64,000 nucleotides of DNA from Octopus sinensis (lineage: Eukaryota), in contig NC_043019.1 of assembly GCF_006345805.1 (NCBI RefSeq), positions 1,426,001-1,490,000 of the forward strand, read 5' to 3'. Made by a program: the position numbers and the translations under genes. Under the pieces are notes generated by a model, which ran no database searches, was not told the origin of the DNA, and saw only the letters and a list, made by a program, of their open reading frames with translations. Below, piece by piece: positions 52,465 through 63,789 of the stretch. Each line of letters begins with the position of its first letter. Positions within the stretch are counted from its first letter, which is position 1.

Positions 52465-53126
52465 TTGACGGATATTCAGGAAATCCCTATACCGCAAGTT
52501 GACCTTCACTGGACGACACCTCAACTTCAACTTCCACCAACCATACAGTGTAAAGGCGTAAAGAGAGGGACTGCTCAGTGCCTAAAACATCGAGCAATGA
52601 ATATAATTAGCGATCGTGATACACACCACGAAGAAATGATCATGATCCACAGTCTGTCTACCCTATTCACCACCAACACCACCACCACTATCACCACCAA
52701 AAATACCAAAACTGTGCGGCCCATATGACATCAGGACAGTATTCAAAAGTAATACAACACTTCGCAAATTTCTCATTCGAGTAAAACCACAAATGGAAGA
52801 GAATATGACCAAAAGACTGCGTGTAGTCCATCCCATGCTGCTGTGGTAGGTTATACAAAGGTGAAGCATTCCGCCTCCTCAAAATAAGGGTAGACGAACA
52901 TCGCAAAGCTGTGACACGGGGAGATATTGATAAATTGGGTATAGCTGATCATGTAAGAAAATATAGAGACCACCTCCCGCTGTGGGATGAAGTTAAAATA
53001 ATAGACAGAGAGCACCACTAAAAGAAGCAGCACATATGCTAGGACACAACAACCATTTAAGCAGACCGGGTGCAGATATGAACAGCATATGGGAAATGGT
53101 ATTAAGGAAGGGTAGGAGAATATTAG
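52465..53126 (+). mobile_element. Decayed Penelope-like element: RT thumb and GIY-YIG endonuclease
   Basis: LYRKLTFTGRHLNFNFHQP; IRTVFKSNTTLRKFL; CV*SIPCCCGRLYKGEAFRLLKIRVDEH...IADHV...WDEVKIIDRE; LKEAAHM. Confidence 0.85.
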
Positions 53127-53164
53127 ATTTATAAACCCTAAAATTCACTCCATAATTGCCCACT

Positions 53165-53262
53165 GGCATATGGCGTAGTGGTTAAGTCCGCGGGCTACTA
53201 ACCCCAAGATTCCGCATACGATTCCAGGCAGAGAACTGAATAATAATAATAATAATTATAAT

Positions 53263-53302
<40 letters not shown>

Positions 53303-53422
53303 GCAACAACAACATCGAAAAATACCTGATGACGGCTGGAGGGTATATCAGCCGAAACGTTGTGTTAACAACAAACAAGATGAGGACAAATATCCGTCAA
53401 ATGTGAATAATGTAAATAATGT
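53165..53422 (+). mobile_element. tRNA-headed SINE-like element: A/B boxes, (AAT)n, hammerhead-bearing tail
   Basis: A box TGGCGTAGTGG (53171-53181); degenerate B box CATACGATTCC (53215-53225); (AAT)n at 53238-53300; HHR at 53321-53366; tail ends in AATAATGT twice. Confidence 0.65.
53321..53366 (+). ncRNA. Minimal type-I hammerhead ribozyme with canonical core
   Basis: AATAC-CTGATGA-C-GGCTG(GAGGGTATAT)CAGCC-GAAA-CGTT-GTGTT: stem I AATAC/GTGTT, 5-bp stem II, palindromic stem III AACGTT, GUU triplet. Confidence 0.7.
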
Positions 53423-53611
53423 GAGCTAAACTCGCTACTTAGTTATTCCATGGGGATCATTTCACGAAGTGCTAGGTTATGAAGATGTAAACCTATACCA
53501 GAGGCTCAATGGAGTGAAGGAGAGACAAAGACACACACACAGAGTTGTGTTGGTGCCTTCTAGTATCTCAAAATTCAATATACAATCATTCATGATTGTT
53601 TGTATCCTGCG

Positions 53612-53695
53612 CTGATGAGAGAAGAAGTTTGGGTAAGGTAGAATTATCTAATTCTTATGCTTTCCTAAGACTTGATTTCGAAACGGACGTCCGTA
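53612..53695 (+). ncRNA. Hammerhead-like motif with long stem II, copy 1
   Basis: CTGATGA (53612-53618); an imperfect hairpin of about 60 nt closed by G-C; GAAA (53680-53683); perfect palindrome ACGGACGTCCGT; GUA triplet at 53693-53695. Stem I pairs poorly (G.G at 1.1/2.1). Confidence 0.55.
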
Positions 53696-54184
53696 GGTGA
53701 CTTAAAACTGTATGATAGATTGCCGTCAATTCATTCTCTCTTACCTGTTTGTGTTTGCCTTTCAAATGCTGTGTTTTTACTGAGATCTCCCTTTTAGTAG
53801 AAGAAATAGCTATAATCTCTTTGATGCTATTTCTAAATTCGGTGTGCGGTAAGGCAATTCGTTGCTAACCCTTAATTGCTTAGTATACTTAAATTTTCCT
53901 CGAATGAGGCTTTTACATGCCAAAGACTACTTGGTGTAATTGATAATTATTCCAAATTAATAATTTCACCTTCATTGTGACTGATACATTCATCACCAGT
54001 AATGACCACAGCACTTTGTCTTGGCTACACGCGGGTGGGAAGGGACTGGTGACACAAACTTTCATTCACACTTTGAATTGGTGATACTAGTTGTGGCTTC
54101 TAGCTCGCTCTGATACTGAGTTGAGTTGTGCTTCTAGTATCTCAAAATTCAATATACAATCATTCATGATGTTTGTATCCTGCG

Positions 54185-54268
54185 CTGATGAGAGAAGAAG
54201 TTTGGGTAAGGTAGAATTATCTAATTCTTATGCTTTCCTAAGACTTGATTTCGAAACGGACGTCCGTA
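54185..54268 (+). ncRNA. Hammerhead-like motif with long stem II, copy 2
   Basis: Identical motif 573 nt downstream; GUA triplet at 54266-54268. Confidence 0.55.
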
Positions 54269-54448
54269 GGTGACTTAAAACTGTATGATAGATTGCCGTC
54301 AATTCATTCTCTCTTACCTGTTGGTGTTTCAAATGCTGTGTTTTTACTGAGATCTCCCTTTTAGTAGAAGAAATAGCTATAATCTTTGACTGCTATTTCT
54401 AAATTCGGTGTGCGGTAAGGCAATTCGTTGCTAAACCCTTAATGCTTA

Positions 54449-54500
<52 letters not shown>

Positions 54501-54639
54501 TATATATATATACATAGAATACGAGACATTTAATGGAGATAAGGCTCTAGTATATAGTACAGCTGTTTTTTCACTCGTATATGAGCCAAAGATTCATAAA
54601 ATTTCGTATAAGATAAAAATCCCGGATATTAGTCTTATA

Positions 54640-55003
54640 CATTCAGACAAGCAAATTCAAAATTCGGATGTTTGACATGAGATATTATTAAATAACCACA
54701 TACTTATATTAAGACATAGATGATAAAGATATAGTAATATAAGAATATATACATAAAAACTGTAAGGAATACGATGAAAGTAGAAAATATAGTTAGTATA
54801 GATCAAAGAATGAAACGGCCGTAGATTTGGACTGATCTTTGCAATCGCCTCCTTTTATCTATTCTACTTACTATTCTACTTTTATGTTTATATTCTTATA
54901 TCTCTATATTTTTATCATCTATGTCTTAATATGAATATGTGGTTATTTGAATGAAATAATATCTCATGTCATACATCTGAATTATGAATTTCGTCGCTGA
55001 ATG
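54640..55003. mobile_element. Foldback element with arms of about 120 bp between (TA)n tracts
   Basis: 54640-54759 versus the reverse complement of 54880-55003 (GACATGAGATATTATT..AAATAACCACATA..ATATTAAGACATAGATGATAAA), about 85% identical by eye. Confidence 0.75.
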
Positions 55004-55043
55004 TTTAAAATTATATCCGAAATTATAATCTTTTACCAAATGT

Positions 55044-55074
<31 letters not shown>

Positions 55075-55426
55075 CAAATAAGAAAATGGAATATGTATGC
55101 TATTGAGGTTCTCATTTTGTTAAATGAATAAATAGTCCAAAATTATAATATCGAAAGTTGATGAACAAACTAAATTTGTTTCTCCATTTCTTATTTGTAT
55201 TATAAATTTACGGTAAAAATATGTCTTTACCTTCATCCGTTTAATACAATAAATGAGTTAATTGCATTGCAATTAAAAGCAGTTATGTATTAAGAATCTG
55301 GGTACTTTACCAACAGTATATTGTATAAATGCTATCCCATAGTGGGTTACACCCATAACCCCTATTTTACTTTGTACTATATATATATATATATGTATAT
55401 AAATGTATATATATATATATATATAT

Positions 55427-55526
<100 letters not shown>

Positions 55527-55576
55527 CAAAAACTGTCTGATGAACGGCAACGAGAAACTCAGAGTAACAGATTTTG
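55527..55576 (+). ncRNA. Minimal type-I hammerhead motif (stem II closing pair lost)
   Basis: CAAAAACTGT-CTGATGA-A-CG(GCAA)CG-A-GAAA-CTCAGAGTA-ACAGATTTTG: stem I about 9 of 10 bp, quasi-palindromic stem III ACTCAGAGT, GUA triplet. Confidence 0.6.
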
Positions 55577-55663
55577 TTGAATTTTCTGCTGCTTAAAATA
55601 AAGTATATATATATGAAAAAACAAGTAAAGATAGAAAATGCTAAAATAATTTTATAAAGAACA

Positions 55664-55707
55664 TTTCAGTACTGGTTTCGGTCATTTTGAGACCTTTTCA
55701 ACTGTAA
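55664..55707 (-). ncRNA. Minimal type-I hammerhead motif with a U3-A8 compensatory core
   Basis: Reverse complement: TTACAG-TTGAAAA-GGTC(TCAAAAT)GACC-GAAA-CCAGTA-CTGAAA; stem I CAG/CTG, 4-bp stem II, GUA triplet. Confidence 0.55.
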
Positions 55708-55984
55708 CGATTAAATAATTAAATTTAGAAAAATTAAAAGAAATGTTTTTTTAAAGAAATATTTGTATAGTGTTCAAATATAAGTGGCATTTTCCTTGAT
55801 TCTGCCTTTCTCTGTCACTCTTGTTTGCACTTGTGTGTTCGAGGTCGTTGTGGAGGTCGTTGTATATATATATACATATATATATATATAAATATATATA
55901 TATATATTAAATATTAGGGAATAAATCCAAATTTACAGGGAAAAAATCAGATTTAGGATTAAATCCAATTTTATAGTAAAATAT

Positions 55985-56122
55985 TATATAATATTAATTA
56001 GAGACAAAACCACTATTTTGAAAAACAAACAAGGAAAGACTTAATCAATACATATGTATTGATTAAGTCTTTCCTTGTTTGTTTTGCAAAATAGTGGTTT
56101 TGTCTCTAATTAATATTATATA
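55985..56122. repeat. 138-bp loopless palindrome (69-bp arms, one mismatch)
   Basis: ...GAGACAAAACCACTATTTTG(A/C)AAAACAAACAAGGAAAGACTTAATCAATACAT|ATGTATTGATTAAGTC...; centre between 56053 and 56054. Confidence 0.92.
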
Positions 56123-56135
56123 TATATATATATAG

Positions 56136-56166
<31 letters not shown>

Positions 56167-57069
56167 TATACAATCATGTTGAACCTTCATACACTGATCT
56201 ACTAATTTAATCCACAAGGCGTTGGTCAACTAGGTAACATGCAGTAGGACTGAATCCGAAACCACTTAGTTTTAAAGCGTGCTTCGTAACCTCGCAACTA
56301 TGCCTGTGCTTACATCAACAGGTATTTGCCATTATACCCTTCTCTATCACTGAATTTTCGGTTTAATCAACCATTCCCAATTTACCCTTTATCGAATTCT
56401 TAATCGTATACTTGCGTGTGTTTTAATACATGCCAGTCAACCAATCACACATTCGAGATTTTTTTTAGTTATTGATTGTCGATGCAACCCTATAAATAAA
56501 GCACATGAATAGTTTAACATACGCTGATTTTCATAAGTGTGCATGCATTTATGTTTCTATGTGTTCGTATATAGCTGTGCATGCAGAAAAGAAACTAAAT
56601 CTTAATAGACTGAGAAGATATATATTCATATAAACATTTTATCGAGTTGTTTTATTTTTCTTATTGCATGTATTTATATAATCTAGAGAGTTGTCACGAA
56701 TATTCTTTGCATATATGTTCCAGCGATTAATGGATTTTTTTCTAATGCTTTACATGCACTTTAAGGCCACATTCTACTATAAAACAGAAACGTTCAGAGG
56801 CAAAGTCCAAGAACGTGATTTACCATTCTGTAACCTCCAGCGACGATACAGCTTTGAACTAAATTATATCGAATTTTTTTTTATTTTGGTAAGCATTGAA
56901 CTCTCTACCTCTTTCTCTCACTCTCTCTCTCTCTCATCCTCTCTCTCTCTCTGTCTCTTACTCGCTCATTCGTTCAATCTTATTCTCTCCACACGCAGAG
57001 AAGCATAATTACGTGCTGGCGTGAGTTGTGTGCTTGCGTATGATTGTGTATGTGTGTAGGTGTATATTT

Positions 57070-57458
57070 GTGGAGGCGCAATGGCCCAGTGGTTAGGGCA
57101 GCGGACTCGCGGTCATAGGATCGCGGTTTCGATTCCCAGACCGGGCGTTGTGAGTGTTTATTGAGCGAAAACACCTAAAGCTCCACGAGGCTCCGGCAGG
57201 GGATGGTGGTGATCCCTGCTGTACTCTTTCACCACAACTTTCTCTCACTACTACTTCCTGTTTCTGTTGTACCTTGTATTTCAAAGGGCCGGCTTTGTCA
57301 CTCTCTGTGTCACGCTGAATATCCCCGAGAACTACGTTAAAGGTACACGTGTCTGTGGAGTGCTCAGCCACTTACACGTTAATTTCACGAGCAGGCTGTT
57401 CCGTTGATTCGGTTCAACCGGAACCCTCGTCGTCGTAACCGACGGAGTGCTTCCATCC
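57070..57458 (+). mobile_element. SINE family C, full length, 12-bp TSD
   Basis: TSD AGGTGTATATTT at 57058-57069 and 57459-57470; tRNA-like A and B boxes. Confidence 0.92.
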
Positions 57459-58040
57459 AGGTGTATATTTATTTATATTTATTTAGGTGTGTGTGTGTGT
57501 TTTTTTGTTGCATGTATATGCTTATCGTTTTTAGTCCGTCGTCGTTTCGTCGTTTACTATAAAATAAATTTACTTAGTGTAAAGTAAAATAAAAAATCCT
57601 AGAGACAACGAAAATTTGACAGATACATATAAGCTGAAAGTACAGATGCCTCGTGAAAGTAAGTATGTCTCTGTAAAAATACTATTATGCGACTCTAAAC
57701 AACGTCAGTGTTTTTTCTCATTGCACACAATCACACACACATACACACACACACACAAACACACACGAACCACACACATTCACCCAAATACATATATACC
57801 TATAAATGTATATATGGGTATATATATATATATATAATATATATATATATATACCTTATTATTATTATTATTATTATTAACTTCTTATAATCATCAATAG
57901 TAATGACCTTTTTGACTAGTATTACTCTGAATGTATATATTTGTCACTACCTGTCATAAATAACCTTTTTATATCTACAATATGCATTTTCGTTGATTTT
58001 TCATATTTTACCTATACATATATATATACATACATACATC

Positions 58041-58122
<82 letters not shown>

Positions 58123-58145
58123 CACATATATATATATATTATATT

Positions 58146-58250
<105 letters not shown>

Positions 58251-59073
58251 ATATATATATATATTATATATATATATATATGTGTGTATGTATATATATA
58301 TATATATATGACCGCAGCTCTGGGTTGAAACTAAATATATATATATATTATATATATATATATATATTATATATATATATATACATATAAATATATAAAT
58401 ATATTACATACATATACACAAAATACAAACATTTGCGTTTGTGTGTGTGTGCTTGAGTATGTGTGTGTATGCCTGTGTATATATATGTATTTGTGTGTGT
58501 GTTTGTGTGTCTGCGTGTGTATGTGTTTGTTTGTGTATCTGTGTGTCTGTGTATGTGCGAGCGTATAATGGATTCCTGAAGAAGTAACTAAACGCAGTGA
58601 TAAAGGTTATCTGTACTTTAAATCTTCGTATACACCTGACTTATATATCATTCTACTTATAAAAAAGTTTACAGTTGAGAACGGGAAGCGTTCACTGACA
58701 CTTTTCAGTTACTCTGAGACTGCAGGGGAAAACGGAGGGAAGCAGGGGTGGGGTGGATAATTATAAAATTATGAGCGTCAACATTAGCAAGAAAATTCAC
58801 AGATCTAAATTCCCCCATGAAGCAGGTGTTGTTATGAAACCGGGTATCTATTATTTAGAGCATGAAAGGTCTCTCCGACAAGCTGTCACAATGAAAGTTT
58901 TGGGTTATTTGATATTACGGAAGATATCAATAAACCAAGAAGATGAACACAGGAATCGTATCAGAAACCACAATGCTCTAAATTTAATATGAAATGTCTA
59001 ATATTCAGAACATTCAAGCGCTACTTTTTTTATGTATCATTGTCGATATACAGCATTCAAAACTGTATTTATA

Positions 59074-59670
59074 TAAGGGCGGCGAACCGGCAGAATCGCT
59101 AGCACAGCGGGCGAAATACGTACCGGTATTTTGTCAACCGTTAAATTCTGTGTTCAAATTCCATCGCGGTCGACTTTGCCTTTCATCCTTTCAGGGTCGA
59201 TTAAATAAGTACCAGTTACGCACTTGGGTCAATATAATCGACTTAATCCGTTTGTTTGTCCTCCCCGTGTTTAGCCCCTTGTGGGTAGTAAAGAAATAGG
59301 TATTTTGTCTACCGTTAAATTCTGAGTTCAGATTCCGCCGAGATCGAGTTTGCCTTTCATCCTTTCGGGATCGATTAAATAAGTACCAGTTACGCACTGG
59401 GGTCGATATAATAGACTTAATCCGTTTGTATGTCCTTGTATGTCCTCTCTGTGTTTAGCCCCTTGTGGGTAGTAAAGGAATAGGTATTTTGTCTACCGTT
59501 AAATACTGAGTTCAAATTCCGCCGAGGTCGACTTTGCCTTTCATCCTTTCGGGATCGATTAAATAAGTACCAGTTACGCACTGGAGTCGATGTAATCGAC
59601 TTAATCCCCTTGTCTGTACTTGTTTGTCCCCTCTATCTTTATCCTCCCTATTGGCATTAAAGAAATAAAT
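59074..59670 (+). mobile_element. SINE family B: head plus three tandem body units of about 175-183 bp
   Basis: GGTATTTTGTC(A/T)ACCGTTAAA recurs near 59124, 59299 and 59482. Confidence 0.9.
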
Positions 59671-60203
59671 ATTGTATATAGTTTGGGTTGATATAATTTG
59701 TTTTAATGATAGTGAAAGCTACTTCGCTTACATTGAAGTTATAATATGTTACAAATCTTAAAATCTCGTGAGTATGGCATTATATAAATACATTTTCCTT
59801 GAACGTATGGTCATTTTGCTCTTGTAGAAATACATTAGCCCAATTCTGCATTAAAATCCCGAGGCGAGAATGTTGTTGAAGGGCTGAATCAGCAAGAAAA
59901 TTAAGGGCATTGTCTCGAATAAATTTCATTATTGTAAGGAATATATAATGACTTCAATTACTCTGTGTTGACGAACAAGTATTCCGAATGTCAGTCTTTC
60001 CAGTTTTTTATGGTAAATCAATGTATGCGATATTCTATAGTTTATTCTATTAAACATCTTTGATCTGTTACTTGTTTCACTCCTTGACCCACGGTCATGC
60101 TGGAGCATCACAATGAATGGTTTGGTCAGCAGTAACGTAGGACAATTACAAATACACAAACATATACATACATATACACAGATACACAGAGAAACACATA
60201 CAA

Positions 60204-60247
<44 letters not shown>

Positions 60248-60249
<2 letters not shown>

Positions 60250-60428
60250 TCTTTTATTCATTTACACGTTTCAGTAATTTGACTGCAGCCATGCTGGAGC
60301 ACCGTCTTTGGTCGTACGAAATCAGCCCAGAACTTATTCTTTGCAAGCCTAGTTCTTATTTAATCAGTTATTTTGCGGAACAGCTAAAGTACGGGGTACC
60401 TAAAGACACCAACGTCTCTTGTCAAGTG
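60248..60428 (-). mobile_element. Diverged SINE family A 3' half (a head fragment at 62592-62718)
   Basis: TTTCAGTAATTTGACTGCAGCCATGCTGGAGCACC... Confidence 0.75.
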
Positions 60429-60447
60429 GTGCATATACATACATACA

Positions 60448-60508
<61 letters not shown>

Positions 60509-60510
<2 letters not shown>

Positions 60511-60799
60511 GAGAAAGAAAAGCAACAAGAATGGATTAGTTTTTAGTACAATTGTTTTATACAAAGACAGGCTTTATTAAAAGTTGCAAATATTGCAGCA
60601 GATAAAAGTGTCCCGTACTCATCAGCTAAAATACATATGAGTTCTCCAAACACCTTAGTGGGTGAGGCTACACTCATGAAGAATTGGAGATAATTTCATT
60701 AAAAGCAGATTCAGGTTGTAAACAGACTTCCAAAGTTCTTTAATGATGATGCACAGTCTTATCACAGGTTTTAAAAAAGCTTATTAGATTCACAGAGAA
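60509..60799. repeat. 291-bp inverted repeat, arm 1 (arm 2 at 62172-62462)
   Basis: About 97% identical to the reverse complement of 62172-62462; I counted about 7 differences, mostly transitions. Confidence 0.92.
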
Positions 60800-60810
60800 C
60801 TCAAAATTTC

Positions 60811-61029
60811 TGGGAACTCAAAAATAATAATAGTAATTATAACCTTAATTGGGAAATAGTTAGAAGAGCAATGCCGTATAAAAATAATAGGGTTGGTTGC
60901 CAACTCTGCTCCATGGAGACGTATGAAATTCTAATGCATAGAAAAAATAAGAGTTTGTTAAATAACCATATAGAATTAGGTCAATTTTGTATTCACGCAA
61001 AATTGAAAACTCTAAAATATTTTAAATGA
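60811..61029 (+). mobile_element. Penelope-like (Naiad-type?) GIY-YIG C-terminal fragment, uninterrupted 72 codons
   Basis: WELKNNNSNYNLNWEIVRRAMPYKNNRVGCQLCSMETYEILMHRKNKSLLNNHIELGQFCIHAKLKTLKYFK*; the CxxC...CxH pattern is recalled from PLE endonuclease tails. Confidence 0.6.
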
Positions 61030-61819
61030 ATAACCGTATAGAATAATCGAAAGGAGATAGATAGATAGATCTAGCTTGTTTTTTACTAGTAAAGCATAAC
61101 TTTAATATAATTTTTAAATAGATATCTGCGAACTGTTACACTATGGTTATCTCTTTCTTTATAACTGTTCCTGACTTTGAACACATAGAAACAATTAGTA
61201 CTTCTAAGTTGCTTCGATGAAGTTTTAATTGACTTAATAGTTAATTTTAAATTTTAATTTTTAATTTAATCTAATTTTTAATCTAATTTAGGTAACACAA
61301 CTTGAATAAAATAAGTTAATAATACTTTATAATTCTATTACAAAATTTAATAAGTAATGCTACTCCCTTGAAAGTAGTATAAGAAATTTCAATATAATAA
61401 GCAATTCCCTCACACCTTGTAAACTGACTTCTAAGTATAAACCTATAGTCTGTCAATGTATAGATAGTAACAGCAACAATATAATACAGTAACAGTAATA
61501 AATAAATTAAATTAAATGACCTCTTTCTAGTATTGCACTTATTTTCTCTTAATGTATTTCCCTTTAATGATAGCCTTTGACCCCTCAATCCCTTACCATG
61601 TTCTTTCTTTAGATTCTCATATCTGCTTTAGCTACGTCAGGTTGGCAATTAATAGCTGGTTACTGGTCAAAAATAATATTCTCCTTATAGTTCTTAGATT
61701 CATGCAAATTCTTAGCCAGCCTAACCGTCTCCATGTTTAAGAGACTTTTTTCTGTGTAGAGGGTTACCAGCGACCCTTTCCCATCTCAGTTGTCACAGTA
61801 TACTCTATGTGGGCGGTTT

Positions 61820-61975
61820 TCTTTTTCTTTTCTTTTTTTTTCTTCTTTCTTCTTTTTTCCTATTTTCTTTTTTTCTTCTTCTCTTTTTTCTTTTTCTTTT
61901 TTCTTTTTCTTTCTTTTCTTTTTTCTTCTCTTCTCTTTCCTTTCCTTTTCTTTGCTCCCTTTTCTTTGCTCCACA
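61820..61975. repeat. (CTTT)/(CTT)-rich pyrimidine tract
   Basis: Seen directly. Confidence 0.95.
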
Positions 61976-61999
61976 AAATTCTTTCAGCCTTTAGAAGTC

Positions 62000-62462
62000 A
62001 TAACATAGCAGTTTGGTGAAGAGAACAGTAATGTGGCAAATACCTTATAATATAGCATGAAATTATACCCACCTCATTGTGGATTAACCATGGATAAATT
62101 CATCGTCTGTGAGTATGAAATACCTCCTCATATCTCTGGAAATTTACACCTACACTATGGATGGCTTAAACTTCTCTGTGAAACTAATAAGCTTTTTCAA
62201 AACCTGTGATAAGACTGTGCATCATCATTAAAGAACTTTGGAAGTCTGTTTACAACCTGAATCTGCTTTTAATGAAATTATCTCCAATTCTTCATGAGTG
62301 TAGCCTCATCCACTAAGATGTTTGGAGAACTCATATGTATTTTAGCTGATGAGTACGGGACACTTTTATCTGCTGCAATATTTGCAACTTTTAATAAAGC
62401 CTGTCTTTGTATGAAACAATTGTACTAAAAACTAATCCATTCTTGTTGCTTCTTTTTCTCGT
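62000..62462 (-). mobile_element. Very degraded LINE-RT-like relic that includes arm 2 of the inverted repeat
   Basis: Weak RT-like remnants across frames (GFEKAY ~ DFEKAFD; VFATLLF..CYVM ~ LAP.LF...DYVM) with many stops. Confidence 0.3.
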
Positions 62463-63310
62463 TTATAATCACCCCACACTACTGTATTGGTTAACAGCAT
62501 ATAGTTTTCTGGTGCATCAAAGTAAGTACCATATTCAAGTGAATTCATTAGAATTGACTTGAATCTTAATTGTTTATATATATATATATATATACGAAGG
62601 GCTTCTTTTAGTAGTTTCCGTCTACAAAATACACTCACAAGGCTTTGGTCGGCCCGAGGTTATTATAGAAGACATTTGCCCAAGGTGCCACACTGTGGGA
62701 CTGAACCTGGAGCCATAAGTGTGGACGGCATTTTCTTTGCTCCTTCGCTGTCCTCAAAAATAGCGTTCGTAATACTTTTTTTCGTTCGGCTTAACAGCCT
62801 TTCTTGTCTCGTTATTCTCCTTAACCTGTCTTTTACTATTTATATTTTGTACTGTCGTTACTGTCCTGTTTTTGTTACCATTTTTGCCCCTCTGCAAAAA
62901 GATCTCAAATTTTATTTGATTTGCTTTTCGCAGGAAGGAGAGTTTCTATCGAAGATGCGTATCGCCTTCACCTTCGAAACGCAGAGTAGATGAAACAATG
63001 GCGACTGAAGAAGGGGAATTTTCCTTGTGTTATTTGTCCTGTACTCTATTTTTTTGTTGTTTAAGAAAAATGTCCAGTTCCTTGTTTTTGTGTTTATGTT
63101 TTCGTTCGTCATTGTGTTCGGCGTTTTTTTGGTGTCCTGTAACCTTATATGCGTGTATATATACATGTAGAGGTAGGTACGTACATATATGTATATATAT
63201 ATGCACATGTTTCATTTATTAATATATTATATGACGGAACGCACGCATCCATTTCTAAGTAAGATTGTTCTTCTCTCTCTCTCTCTCTCTCTCTCTATCT
63301 CATATATATA

Positions 63311-63346
<36 letters not shown>

Positions 63347-63584
63347 TGTATGTATGTATGTATGTATAAGTATATATATGAGTATTTGTTTAGTTTTAAG
63401 GTTTGAAAATGCACCGAAATCTGAAAAGCGTGCGGTTGTTTCGACAACTTTTTGCTTATCAAAGTTTCAAATATATATTTGGATAAACGTGGGATCTCAG
63501 GAGAGTTTTAAATTACAAGGCCAAAAAAATGGGCAAACTTTTACACGCTCGATGGTTTAAACATGCTCACATTTAGCGTTTGTG

Positions 63585-63649
<65 letters not shown>

Positions 63650-63789
63650 GCGTGTGTATATCCTCCACGCTATTTTAGTTTAACAGATTTACTCTCCAGG
63701 CATTTACTCTAGTTGCCTTTCATTTGACGAATCTAAAACCACATGGTTGCAAAGCTCTTAACTACATATATAGACATAAATACTAAATA

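Larger units (their letters stand above)
53542..54453 (+). mobile_element. Retrozyme/pLTR-like element: 573-nt-period direct repeat (about 330-bp repeats around a unique core of about 245 bp), one HHR per repeat
   Basis: 53557-53886 is near-identical to 54131-54453; the element is bounded by (AC)n and (TA)n. Confidence 0.6.

Noticed and set aside
62940-63030. GAAGA...CTTC-GAAAC-GCAGA-GTA and CTGAAGA-AGGGGAA as hammerheads
   Set aside because: The first lacks core positions 3-4 and the second lacks GAAA. It may be a decayed relative but is not supportable.
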